From: Welwitschia mirabilis
Taxonomy: Eukaryota
Reading direction: 5' to 3'
Length of the DNA stretch: 49,608 nt
Assembly: GCA_051453625.1 (NCBI GenBank)
Contig: JBOZIK010000001.1
Coordinates: forward strand, 45,027,504-45,077,111
Part shown: positions 14,300 through 28,065 of the stretch, piece by piece
How positions within the stretch are numbered: the stretch's first letter is position 1
Layout of the letters: every line of letters begins with the position of its first letter
Program-made: the position numbers and the translations under genes
Notes under the pieces: generated by a model
What the model saw: only the letters and a program-made list of their open reading frames with translations
Databases searched by the model: none
Told to the model about the DNA's origin: nothing

Positions 14300-16030
<1,731 letters not shown>

Positions 16031-16384
16031 ATAACTCACTAATAGAAACATCAAAGTTAGACAGTACACTATATGATTAGTTATCCTTAGTACTTTTGTT
16101 TATACTATCATAATTTTTAGAAGATGATTCCTGATATATACCATATGACAAAGCTCTTCTGTGAGAATCTAGATATTGAAGATGTTATCTTTTACTTCAT
16201 GAATAAATGACCTAAGAATGCATCCTAGAGTAAATCTATAGTATAATAGCTATACCAAATAAGCTGAATGTTATCTTTTAGGAAAAAGTTAAGGTACCTA
16301 GTAGTACATTGACTAGTGGTGGAGGAATGTATGACAATGATTCAATAGAAGGTTTTTATACCTACCTAGATACCCTTAGTTTAA

Positions 16385-18900
16385 TAAAGGTTTGACATTC
16401 CTATTAAGGTAGATATGATGTATGTAAATACTAGGATCTATGATCTAATATTTAAAAGAGTTTATCCTATGATTTGCTTATGCTTCCTCAATATATATAA
16501 TAAGGAATTTTCTTGAAATGAAAATAAAAATTAGCTAATAACCATTAGAAAAGTTGAATTTTCACCTAAAATAGCTTGCTTAATGTCATTAGGATGTGGT
16601 TTCAACTCAATGAAATGATTTTATTCTAAGTTTATGCTCAAATTAATATGAAGATATAATGCAAAGATTTAAAGCATAAAGGATGTTTCAAGATTGAAAG
16701 ATTTTACTTTCTAGCATTCCAACATAGTTAATTTCATCATTGTTTGAATGTTCTTTCATAACATTAAAGAGATTCAATTTAATGATCATGTTTTTCAAAG
16801 AAATTTTCATGAGTTCCTACAATTGATCAAAGCATTTAAAGTTTTAGGAAAAGGTCTATCTAAGATTATGGAAACTATATAGTTGATTACTCTCTTCATT
16901 CTCAAAATACAAAATCCATAGGAAAATAGCAAATATCTACTTCAACTATGATATTCTCTACTACTAATAAAGGTGATTTGAAAAAGTTTTTTACTAGTTG
17001 CAATTAAAATTTTGTATTTTTAAGACCATCTAATCCAAGTTCCTTGTAAATGAAATAAGGAAAAAAATTAACACTAGCTCCAAAATCTAATAAAGACTTG
17101 CTTAATGTGTTTGTTTCTAATAGTAATTATTATAGCTAAACATTCTTGATCTTTATACTTTAGAGGGATTTGATTTTAAATGATAGGATTAGTTTGTTAT
17201 GCTAGAAAGAACTTATTCTTCACATTCATTCTCCTCTTATCATGTACAGTCCTTAAGAAATAGCATAATAAGAAACTTACTTAATAGATTCTAAAAGATG
17301 AATATTAACCTTAAATTCTTTAAAAATATCAAAAGATTATTAATGTTTTCTTTCTAATTTATCTCTTATAAATTTTTGTAAAAAAGTTAAAGGTTTTTTA
17401 TAAGATGGAACTTGCATTTCATTCTCTTTTTTAACTTCCTTCTCATCACAAGTCTTACCACATAGCTCATCCTCATGTGCTTGATTTTTCTCTAAATTCT
17501 TATTGATTTCTTTTTTACTTCTTAAATGTATGACTTTGGTTTCTTAAATTTGACTTCCATCTATCCATAAACAAACTTACAATCCCTAAACGTAGGTTTA
17601 GAAGCTATAATAAGGTTATCCTTCTCATAATAATTGAGTGAAGAGACAATATGAGTAGTATTTGACTCAATTATTTAACATTTTGTTGAAGTTCTTGTAA
17701 TTCAGAAAAGGTTTATTGGTTGAATTCTTATTAGTTATTATTTGTTTAAATTTGTGCTTTCATGAACTTATTAAGAGTATCTTCTAAAGAATGTGAAGAA
17801 GAATAATAATTACTAGAATATGAATGATATTGATATCTATATTGGCTAGTTGAATGTTCATTGTAATTATTTTTTTCCTATAAAATTTAGGGTGATTTAT
17901 CTATCTAAGATTATATCTATTGGAATGAGGATTATTTACTNNNNNNNNNNNNNNNNNNNNNNNNNNNNNNNNNNNNNNNNNNNNNNNNNNNNNNNNNNNN
18001 NNNNNNNNNNNNNNNNNNNNNNNNNNNNNNNNNNNNNNNNTTTATCTATCTAAGATTATATCTTTTGGAATGAGGATTATTTACTCTTTGATGTTGTTAG
18101 TATTATTCTAAAGCATTTACTTGATTCTTTACTACATATTCCAAAGTTTTAAGAGTGTCTACATGGAAAATAGAACAACTAATTTAGAAGATAATAGGTT
18201 TAGAATAAATGGCAAGTATTTGATCTTTCTAGAAATCTCATCTAATTCATTGTTAATCTCAATATTTTTAGGAATATTAAATATACTAGTTTCTTTAACA
18301 ATGTGATGTGATCTAAAAGGATAATTTCACTTCTCCCAATCCTTTGAACTTCCAAAATTTTTTTCTAAAAATTTTCAAGATTTATCAATATCCAAATCTA
18401 CGAAACTTTTTAAATGCATCATCTCAACAAGTTACCTATGATTTGAAGAAAGACCTTTATAGAAGAAACTAATGGTTTTACCTTACTCAAATCCATGTTA
18501 AGAACATTTGAGGAAAAAATACTTAAATTTCTACAAAGTTTGAGAAAAGTCTTATTATCTTTTTACTAGAATTTCATTAAGGATGAAATCTTAATGAAGA
18601 TTAGTCCAATAAATGTTGGAAATAGGTTTAAGATTATACACCCAGATTTAATTTTATCCTTAAAGAAAAAAGAAAAGAAAGTTAATAAAATAGCATTTCT
18701 AGTTTTAGGATTATGGAGAATAATAAGAATAATGCAATTAATCTCATTAAAATAAACATATGGATCCTCATCATCTACACCATGAAAATATTACAAAATT
18801 TGAATGACAAGGTTATAAGTCTAATATATGAACATTGGAAGGATGAAGTATGCAAGAAGTTCCTAAGAATTGTTGAATATAGTCATTCAAAGTCTTCTTA
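16385..18900 (-). pseudogene. Element X: Athila gag-protease-linker pseudogene, truncated before RT
   Basis: Minus-strand motifs KTLNDYIQ, FHGVDDEDP, HGFE..ISFFYKGL, IFKEFKVNIHLLESIK, LKYKDQ, LLDFGASVN (protease active site), YFPMDFV, IILDRPF, ELKPHPNDIKQAILG, LRKHKQIIG. Many stops and frameshifts. Confidence 0.85.
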
Positions 18901-20157
18901 GATTATTTATTATTAAAATTATTTCTAGAATTGTCAGAGTTCTAATGAGATTGATTATTTGTATCCCTGTTGTTGTGATTTCTATGATAACTATTAGGAT
19001 TTATTTTAGGATTACAATAATTTTAATGTAGTATTTTATCATATCTATATTGCCAATTCATACAAAATTTGCAAATGTTTCATAAGGATCAAGTCACATG
19101 ACATGCTAGGATTACAAAATTCTGAGAAAGATCTCAAGTGAAAAGTTCATAAAAGATTCAAATTGAAATTGACAAAATAACGATGACACTAGTGGAGGAA
19201 GGTAGTGACACTAGTAGAAGATCATAAAAATGGATCGAGAAAGCTAGAACCTACATTTCTTGATCCTTCCATGAGCATGAGATATTTGGTGAAATTAAAA
19301 TCATATAAAACTATAAACATTTAAAGAAATATATAAATTTAAAAAATCAGGAAATCTATCTATTATCTAAAATGATGAAAATCATAGTAATAAATGATTT
19401 AATAACCCTTAAATGCAAGTAGAAACATGTAAATTTTAGAAATGGGGGAACAAGCCCATGCATGGGGTAGATATAGATTTAGGTTATGCTGATAATATGG
19501 GCTACACACCTTGGACCCATGTTAGTAGCTCACTTAGGCCATGCCCTAGCTTGTGCAGTGTTCAAATGATTCTTACTAAAGCCAAATTTCATCTCAGGTC
19601 CTCTTAGTGGGATCCATATCCTATATTAAGGGGATTAACTTCTAGCTCAGGAACTTGATTATGGAGCTCATTAAGTGTCATTCTATTCTTGACTCTCAGA
19701 GTCATACATAATTGGAGGCATTAAAGAGAAATCCTTAATTTTGTTAATTTTTTAATCTTTTTCTTTTATTTTTTTGTAAAAATGTACTAAAATGAGGGAA
19801 ACAAGAATATGGGAAGCAAACAAGAAGATTTTTACTGCAAAAAATTACATAAACTTAATTATAAGAAACTTTATATAGAACATTTTAAAGATTAGAGCTA
19901 AATTTTTCAAGTGAAATGAAAGTGAAGGACCAATAGAGATTCCACTAGAAATGAACTAGAACCATCCATTGGACAAGAAAAATAGCAAAAGACTAGTTTG
20001 AGTTTTATTGAAAATGGATAATATCTTCCATTAAAAAGTAAAAATGGCAAAAAATAAAGAATAAGAACTAGAAAATGACTAGTACAAGTAAAATTAAAAG
20101 AAAGAAAGCAAAAAATGAGGAGTTTTCACATGCCCCACTATGGCTACCATGTTCCTA

Positions 20158-20175
20158 TCCATAGCAATGACATTA
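20158..20175 (-). promoter_or_regulatory. Degenerate tRNA-Asp-type PBS of element X
   Basis: tccatagcaatgacatta, in the same context (gctaccatg...aaaatctatt) as the PBS at 12229; lies upstream of gag. Confidence 0.55.
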
Positions 20176-20179
20176 AAAA

Positions 20180-20742
20180 TCTATTTGTAGTGAAATTTAG
20201 GTATACTTCTATTTCTATGAAATTTAGGTATACTTCTATTTCTATAAAAAATTTTTTATGAAAGTTCTTCCTAGGGATAGAAATCCTATTAAGCTACATC
20301 AAACTTTTACTAAAATAAAAACTAGAACTTTCAATTGTAATATAGCCATAGTATCATTTATGAAAGGGATAACTATGTAGAATCATAATGAAGAAATCAT
20401 AGAAAAATAATTTTGAAAATAAAAGGAAAGAGTTCCAATCAATGAATAAAGCTAGAAACAAAAACAGAGCCCTAATAATTCAACATAAAATAAAACAATA
20501 ATAGAAAAAGTCTCTAATCTAAAATTGAAATATACTTTATATATGATTAAATCAAGATTAAAACCACATCAAAGAGAGGTTATATCAAATCTAGAAGAAA
20601 ACACGTTAAGTTATCATTTAAGATTAAGCATGTTAACATAATTTCATTTACCATATAAGTTTTAATAATGCAATGAAAACTTATTTGATAAAATAAATGT
20701 AGAAAAGACTAAGAAATTATGCTTAAAAAAATGTAAAAACTA
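20180..20742 (-). repeat. 5' LTR of element X (partial; interrupted by element Y)
   Basis: Adjacent to the PBS; 20610-20740 resembles A's LTR at 12750-12890 (catg.taacataat.tcatttaccac/t). Confidence 0.5.
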
Positions 20743-21785
20743 TGATGCTATTAACGTGTAATAGGATTAAATCATTAAATTAAAATCATAGATTTACTAA
20801 AAAGCTAGCTAAGGCCATTAACACTTTAACCATTTAGTTCAAAATGCGTCATTAAGATAAACGCATGACGAAGTTACTTGAACTAGTTAGGTTGATAATT
20901 GATAAGTTTGCTATATATCAATAGTACATTATGAGGAAGGAAGAAAATGGAAAAAAAATAATATAATTTCACTAAACGCTAAACAATACTTATTTTTAAT
21001 TATTGTTAATTATCCTAATTCATGTTTAGCTACATAAATNNNNNNNNNNNNNNNNNNNNNNNNNNNNNNNNNNNNNNNNNNNNNNNNNNNNNNNNNNNNN
21101 NNNNNNNNNNNNNNNNNNNNNNNNNNNNNNNNNNNNNNNATGGAAAAAAATAATAGAATTTCACTAAACTCTAAACAATACTTATTTTTAATTTTTGCTA
21201 ATTATCCTAATTCATGTTTAGCTACATAAATAGGAATAAGTAAAAATGATATTTGCTTTTTTAAGTAATAAAAAATGTTCACAATAATACTCAAAATATT
21301 AGTTTTTTAGTTTTATATTAAAATACTAAAATTTTAGATAGAAATATACTTATAAGTTTGTGTTTTCCTTTGCAGGTGACACTAGAACATTAGAGATGTT
21401 GCATCCTTTTTAGAATTTCTAAAGATTTTCTTTGAACTCTTGCTTAGTTCTATTTCTAGAGACTTTTTGCTAAAATCTCCTCCCTCTCCATGGTGATCCC
21501 CTTCTTATACCCTTTAGCCCTTTCTGTTTTGTTGTTTCCTTTCTTTTCTCCTAAAGAATAGGTTACCACCTTGACCTTCTTTGTCATCCTCATGACACAT
21601 GGCATTTTGTACCTCTAGCATAATGATACATTTCTATATGCTGACCTACTAACATACTAACTAACTAACTAACTTATTAACTAACTAGTATATTAATCTA
21701 AGTACTAAAGAGAAATATTGAATAGCATTTAAAATATAAAACTATAAGTATAAAAACATTTTATTAATAAGAAAAATTTACATCA
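20743..21785 (-). repeat. Putative 3' LTR of element Y
   Basis: Inverted termini tgatgcta...ttacatca, a minus-strand TATA-like tataagaagggg at ~21498-21509, and an Athila-like ccaagcttaag..ttagtctc motif just to the right. The partner LTR is not in the window. Confidence 0.5.
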
Positions 21786-21870
21786 TTATCTTTACCCATA
21801 ATTTTGCCAAGCTTAAGATTTTATTAGTCTCTTAACAAAGGAAACATAGAAAAAAAGAAAAATAAGCTTA

Positions 21871-24638
21871 TCATTTTTCCTTCTTTCTTTTAAAAACAAA
21901 GGGATGATCTTTAGTGGATTTAGATTCTTCTAATTTCTTAGCCAATGGGGTTGATTTATTTTCTTATTCAAAGACAATCATAATTTTTCTTTATTCTTCT
22001 TGTAAAATAAGATCATTCAAATCGATAGTCTCTGAATCTAATAGTTCTTTAAGTATTGCCTTTTCTTCTTCTCCCTCTTCCTTTTGAAGAAGCCATTGGT
22101 AGTTTTGATTCTCCTCTCTTTTTTATAGGAGATAAAGGGATTTTTGTTTTGGTACCTTAAGGCATATGTTCTAATTTTGAAGCTACTTTGTCTTGTAGTC
22201 CTACTCCTGAGGGTTATCCTAATAGGACTATATACATTTTTAATGTATTTTTATTTTCCAAATTTGAAAAAATATCTATAAAAGTGCCTCTGAGAATGGT
22301 TATATTCTTTACAATTCTATCTCTAAATAAACATGGCTACTGAATATCTTGAGAGGACACTACAAAACGTTTCATATCTATTTCACATTCTTCTATTATT
22401 TTACAAAAAATTTTTATTGTATCATTTAAAACAATTTTAAATTTCCATGTAAAGACTTCATTTCGTTTTTGTACAAACTCATTTTTTAAGAGTCAACCTC
22501 TTTTTTACAAGTATTAAAAACTCTATTTAGCTTTTGATCACCTCCTAGAAGTTTTCTAAATGATATTTTCTAATTACTCTTTAAATCTATCAATAAAATG
22601 ATATAACATTTGGGGATAGTAATTAAGGCTTTGGGAAACTGCCAATTCCTCATGGCTAAAACCAATTCATTTTTGTAACTTTACCTTCATTAGGTACGGT
22701 TCATGTAATAATCTCATATTTTCTTTTGTTAAATTTTGAATAATAAGTTGGGTAGATTCTGGGCATATTAACCTAATATCCTTCTTCAACTCTGCATAAG
22801 ATTATTTCAAAGCATCTATAAAACTTAGCTTTATTTTATTTTTAATGTTAGTAGTGAGATTTAAAGAGGTATAAGGAATATCTTATATTAAATCTATTGC
22901 CTTTCTGATCTCCTCTTTTATTTCTAAGGTTATATGTTAAACAACTAGATTTTGATGTGGTTGATAAATAGAATAGCTTGCTTCTCGTATCTTATTATTT
23001 AGAGTCTTATTTTCTTCTATCATTTAATCCATAGCTCTTTTGTTTGCTCTTAAGATAGAATGATAATAATCAATTAAATTTTGGGACTCAATCCATTTAT
23101 GTCTATATTCCTAAGCCTCTACCTGAATCTTCATATATTTATCATTCATACCTTCTAGGTCTGTATAGATTTTCTATGAGTATTCCCTACTTAATGGTAA
23201 AGGCCCTTTATTATGCATAAATGTAATAAATTTTTGTTAATTATATATATATTTAGCATCATATTTCTTGGTTGAAATAAGGTTTTGCAATAAAGAAACT
23301 AACATTTTTGGTCTTTTTCTTGGAAAACTTTCTAATTCATTTTTGTCTTCAGTAGTTATTTCTAATTCAGTAATTCACTCATAAGCTATCTATAATCTTC
23401 TACTCATGTATTTATATGATTCTGAGAGATGAATATTTTCCTCTTTTTAATCATTTCTTGCTAATATATGATTCTGAGAGATGAATATTTTCCTCTTTTT
23501 AATCATTTCTTGCTATAATTTTTTAGCATTTTCTTTTTCTTGATCTAGTTTTTGTCTTAAAAATTTATTCTTAATTTTTTAGCAGGTAATTTAATTTTGC
23601 AATTTTGATACTTCTTTCTTCTTGCTGAGATATGTTTGAATTTCATCCTTAACTAAATTTAAAGCACTATAAATACTATCGATCTTATCATCTTCTAGTG
23701 CTTTAGAGAATGGATCAAGCTATAATGGATAAGGGGGAAGAGGTTCTTCAAGAGTAAACTGAGTTGGGTCTTGGTTCATACTTGTAAGACACAACAATGA
23801 GTAAAGGCTCTGAGGAAGAGAAGAGGGCTAATGTGGGCTATATTAAGAAGTTTATTAAGTTAAACTTCTTTACTCTGTGATTTTTAAAATACTTAATTCT
23901 TTAACTCTAAAGGGACTATAAATCGTCAAGTCCACATAGGACTTATTTAGCCATAAATGGAACTCTATTTTTACTTAGTATTAAGGCTATTAAAGATAGA
24001 AATCCTAGCTCTACTATCCTAGAAGTTCCTCTTTTAACTTTATTCATTTTTTAAATATGTCTAGCTAAACCTAGAAAGATTCCTTCTACAATATTAACAT
24101 TTTTTTTTAATTTTTTCTATCCTTCATAGCTGCCATCATGTACAGGCCAGGTAATGTGATATTCTTCTATTTATGAAGAATTGGTACTAAATTGATGGCC
24201 ACAATTTTTGAAATAATAAATAATTTTTATTCTAAATTTTTCTTTGTAGGTATTCTGCCTTGCACTACCACCCTTCGTAATAGACTCATGCTTAAATTTG
24301 TATCTTCTTTCCTTCTTGTATCCTTAATAGATTTACCTCTGGATGGTAAGTGCAACATTTCTCTAAATTTTTTCTTGAGTAATTGATATTATTTTATTCT
24401 CAACAATTGTTTCCAATAAATTTTTCTTTTCATCAAACCTTAATTTCTTATAAAATTCATAAATAGATTCTAAAGTAAATCTATCATTTATTGTTAACCA
24501 CTCATATTAGCTTAATTCAATGATACATTGTTTAAAATATACTAAATAAGGGTCTAAAAGCATGTCTATAAAATTCAAGGAAGAAATGATTTTGCATTCT
24601 ATTAAATTGTCATAATCATTTGAGTTAGATAAGTTCAT
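21871..24638 (-). pseudogene. Long decayed accessory ORF(s) of element Y: env-like/plant transposon protein domain, coiled-coil, unknown domain, possible CCHC knuckle(s)
   Basis: Hand translation gives ESIYEFYKKLRFDEKKNLLETIVENKNISITQEK..MLHLPSRG, ISKIVAINLVP, ELGFLSLIALIL, then NQDPTQFTLEEPLPPYP, a K/E-rich helical run, and NCKEYNHSQRH at ~22285-22316. Stops are mostly explicable as decayed CAA/CAG/CGA. Confidence 0.6.
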
Positions 24639-25629
24639 TTAAAACCTTATTTGAAAAACCTTCTTTTTAAAAAAGAAAAAGTACTAAAGTAATAATATTT
24701 AAAAAATAATTTTACACTCATTAAGTAGGTCTCTTTTTTAAAAGAATATAAAATGTCATAATTTGAAAAAAAAGAAAATAGAAAATATTACCCTAAAAGA
24801 ATTTACACTTCATCAGTATTTTCTTGTCACAAAATTTGTCATTTATTCTACCTCCTAAGTTAAATGTTTGCATACTCCTAAATTCTTGAAAATAAGAAAA
24901 CATGAGAAAGAATAATGAACCTAAGATTTTTATGTGAAGTTGTTCCACTATAATGCTGAAAGAACTTAAGCCCAAGAAAACAAATGTATAATTAAAAGTA
25001 AAATTACATATCTATTTCCTACTTAAAATAGATAAATAATTGTACCTACTATTGCATTTAATTTGCACATTTGAAGAGACTAAAAATTTTTACCATAAAA
25101 TAGTTGAAAATGGAATCATTCCACATGGGTGTTGATGTAGAAAATAAATGACATGATGGCAAGGATGATAATAAGAGAAATAGTTGACATGAAATGGATA
25201 TCATGGAGTCTAACATGGGATAGGTGACATGGAAATAAGACGTTTGCTAATTTTTCATGAGGGTTATCCAGAATGAGGAGGAGGTCATTGAGTTTCATTT
25301 TAAGTAATAGGTTGGAAAAATATGATATTGTATTTAAGTGGTTACTGCTCTCTGCAACAAAAGGATTTGACGAGGATCATTAAAAACTCTTAAGTTCTCA
25401 ATAGGAATCATTGAATCCATTATGGAGCTAGCAAAGGATTTGAAGGGGGTTATTAAGAACTCAAAAGTTCTTGATGGGTTCCTTTGAATCTTAGCCATTT
25501 AAATATAATTAACTAAGATTAAAGAAAGGAGCACAACCATGTAAAGAAAACATAGTGAAAAGTTAATAGAAGACTTCCAGAAAAGGAACCCATTCTTTAG
25601 TAATAGGTTTTTTTAATAAACAATATGTT

Positions 25630-25950
25630 AACTTGAATTCTGACTCAAAGTTTTAACTTTAAGCTAGGGTTAGTCAACATTCTAAACTTGCCTCATAATG
25701 GCTTAGCTTAAAACCTAATTCAAAGTTTTAACTTTGAGCTAGTATTAGTTAACCTTACAAACTTGCATCACAATGGCTTAACCTGAATCTTACTTAAAGT
25801 TTTAACTTTAAGTTAGTATTATATAACTAAATGATATTGTTTTATGTAGGCTTAAATAATATAAAATTTAGAAAGACAAATTTTTTCATTTATTAAGTTA
25901 ACTTAAAATCTTACTTAAAGTTCCAACTTTGAGTTAGTGTTAGTTAACTA
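25630..25950. repeat. Degenerate tandem repeat (~75 bp unit, ~4 copies)
   Basis: Recurring aaagttttaactttaagctag..ttagttaac core at ~25647, 25722, 25796 and 25917. Confidence 0.7.
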
Positions 25951-26542
25951 GATAAATCTATTCCATAATTATAGCTCATAATAATGTTCTATTAAAGGAA
26001 AAACATAGGTAACATTTATTTTCTTATTCTCCTTTGAAAATACATTCGCTTTCTACATACCAATAATCATGTTTTCATAACATTACCTAGGGTTTTTTTA
26101 ATTTAAGAAAATTTCAAGATTTTAATTAATCACTTACAAATAATGATGACAACAAAATTTAATGGATTCCTGGAAGGACTTGCAACTTGGAAAAAATGGA
26201 GCTAATCATAAATTGAGATGAAGTTCTAACTCCAGGTTAAACCTTGATTAGTTTGGGATTCCCCAAATTCTATCTTGACATGAAGATCGTTGTTGTATAC
26301 TTGGCACATATCAGATGATAAATATAATAGGTATGTAATTTCTTAGAAATTTTTTACTTCATTACTAAACACATGTACATTGAGTATCTCAAGATAAATC
26401 ATACTTATCAACCACATTAAATAATACTTTTGCTATAAATTTCATTCCTTTATATTAACCATTCATCATTCTCGATACTGAGTCTTAGAGTTTCTTCACT
26501 CAATCCTATTCAATCCTTACCATTCCTTCCTATTCAATTCTT

Positions 26543-27158
26543 ATGGCATCCACTCCCTCTTACTCTTTCATTACTACTTTAGATGTTAAAAAAGTAAAAC
26601 ATTTCCTTTTTAACTTAGATTTTATGCAAATTGATATGTTTATTAGAAGTGTAGAACCACAATTACTATTAGGTCTAATTATTAGTCTAAAATGAGGTGT
26701 AATACTCATTATATTTTGGTTATAAGTTAACTACTAAGGTCTTAGATACATTGGATATCTGTATTACTAAAACTCATAGAGAACACTTTGAGAATGAGGT
26801 CATTCCTTTAAGTTTTAGTTCTATGATCCATCATTTGGTGGTCGCATATCTGAGGGTTAGGATAGAATAATAACTTTAGCAACTTAATCAAGGAGAGTTA
26901 GCTTATGATGTTTCCTTAGATAAACTAGCTAAATGAATGCAAGTATTAGAAAATAAAGTTAATTAGCTTCAAGGTGTAAATCTTTCACTTAGTCTAGCTA
27001 CAAACATTTAAAAAAACGATATGGAATGTAAAGCCTTACAAGAATTTTTAGTGAGCTTACCCTAAATAAATAAGCATGTTGTTAGAATTTTTAAGTGAAA
27101 TGCACCTATTGCAACTAGGTAATATATCTACAAGGTCATCCAAGATCCGATATTCTAA
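26543..27158 (+). pseudogene. Decayed antisense ORF (~200 aa, coiled-coil-like) in the 3' region of element Y
   Basis: MASTPSYSFITTLDVKKVKHFLFNLDF..., one frameshift near 26700, then ...RIE**L*QLNQGELAYDVSLDKLAK*MQVLENKVN*LQG. Reading stops as Q/R gives a continuous protein-like sequence. Confidence 0.5.
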
Positions 27159-27559
27159 TAGAAAGAATAAGTTCTTCAATCATTTTAAGAATTAAGTTGC
27201 TTTAGCAAAGTGATTTATTTTTTAACTTCAAGTAGTTTGAACAAGGATTTTATTATGTTTATGAGGGATGATGTAATAAATTTCTTTATCTAATAAAGTT
27301 TTTTTTATTTTGTTTCAAATAAATTTATCTTATTACTACTTTTATTTGCTTATGATTATATTAATTTAATTAAAGGAAATTTATACTAAATAACTTATCA
27401 AATTGTTAACATATTCAAAACGACTTTAAAACTATGAAGTTTTACTCTTTGCTAAAATAAAGTTTAATGATCTTGCATGATATTGAATTAAAGTTCTTTA
27501 GATTCACAATCCATCACATACTAGAACAAATTCTTTCTTTTTTTTTTTAACATATAAGT

Positions 27560-27870
27560 TGTAATACATAATTGAGGACTTAATAACTAGCTATGTCTCA
27601 GATGACTCTTAGGGTACGACTATTTGAGGAGAGTGCAAACACTATGAGAGGAGAAAGGACCTACAAGATTTTCAAAATCTAGATCATGGTCAACTAACCC
27701 CTTAGTGGAATTCTCATAAAGGTCCCTCTTAAGAATATTTGCCTCAGTGCACTTGCAGTAGAACATTATGTGTTTTTTCTTATATTCATCAGAAGATATT
27801 CTATCATGTGATGGAATGTATCTCTTTATCATCTTAATAAGGATAATGCACTGTCTCCTATTGAATACTT
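27560..27870 (-). pseudogene. Small ORF of unknown function just downstream of Y integrase
   Basis: Includes the open 70-aa ORF 27620-27832 (MIKRYIPSHD...); composition is more coding-like than the flanks. Confidence 0.35.
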
Positions 27871-28065
27871 ATCAAGTTAGCTTTTAATTTTAGAATCATT
27901 AAATTTATCTTGAATAACTTAATAAATTAATAGCTTGAATAAACTTTAAAGAAATACACATCCTTTATTATCTAGTTTAAATAATGTTTTTATCTTATAA
28001 GTAGAGTGAAAGTAATATTTCCATCCTATTAGGATTTTCTAAATAATAAAGTAAAGATTTATGAC

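Noticed and set aside
16540..16620. Possible Copia RT start (EPxxIKEAL-like)
   Set aside because: It reads ELKPHPNDIKQAILGENSTF, the Athila PR-RT linker, in line with the neighbouring protease.
20180..21785. A single LTR flanked by both PBS and PPT (tandem Athila)
   Set aside because: The left part resembles the A/X-family LTR, while 20743-21785 has its own tgatg..catca termini. It is better explained as Y inserted in X's LTR.
23413..23515. Perfect 52 bp tandem duplication (also ~27 bp at 20192-20245)
   Set aside because: A simple recent slippage or assembly duplication that breaks the reading frame; no sign of function.
25630..25950. Spaced repeats as a possible CRISPR-like array (also 36490-36850)
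   Set aside because: Repeats are degenerate, the intervening sequences are related to each other, there are no cas genes, and the context is plant retroelement.
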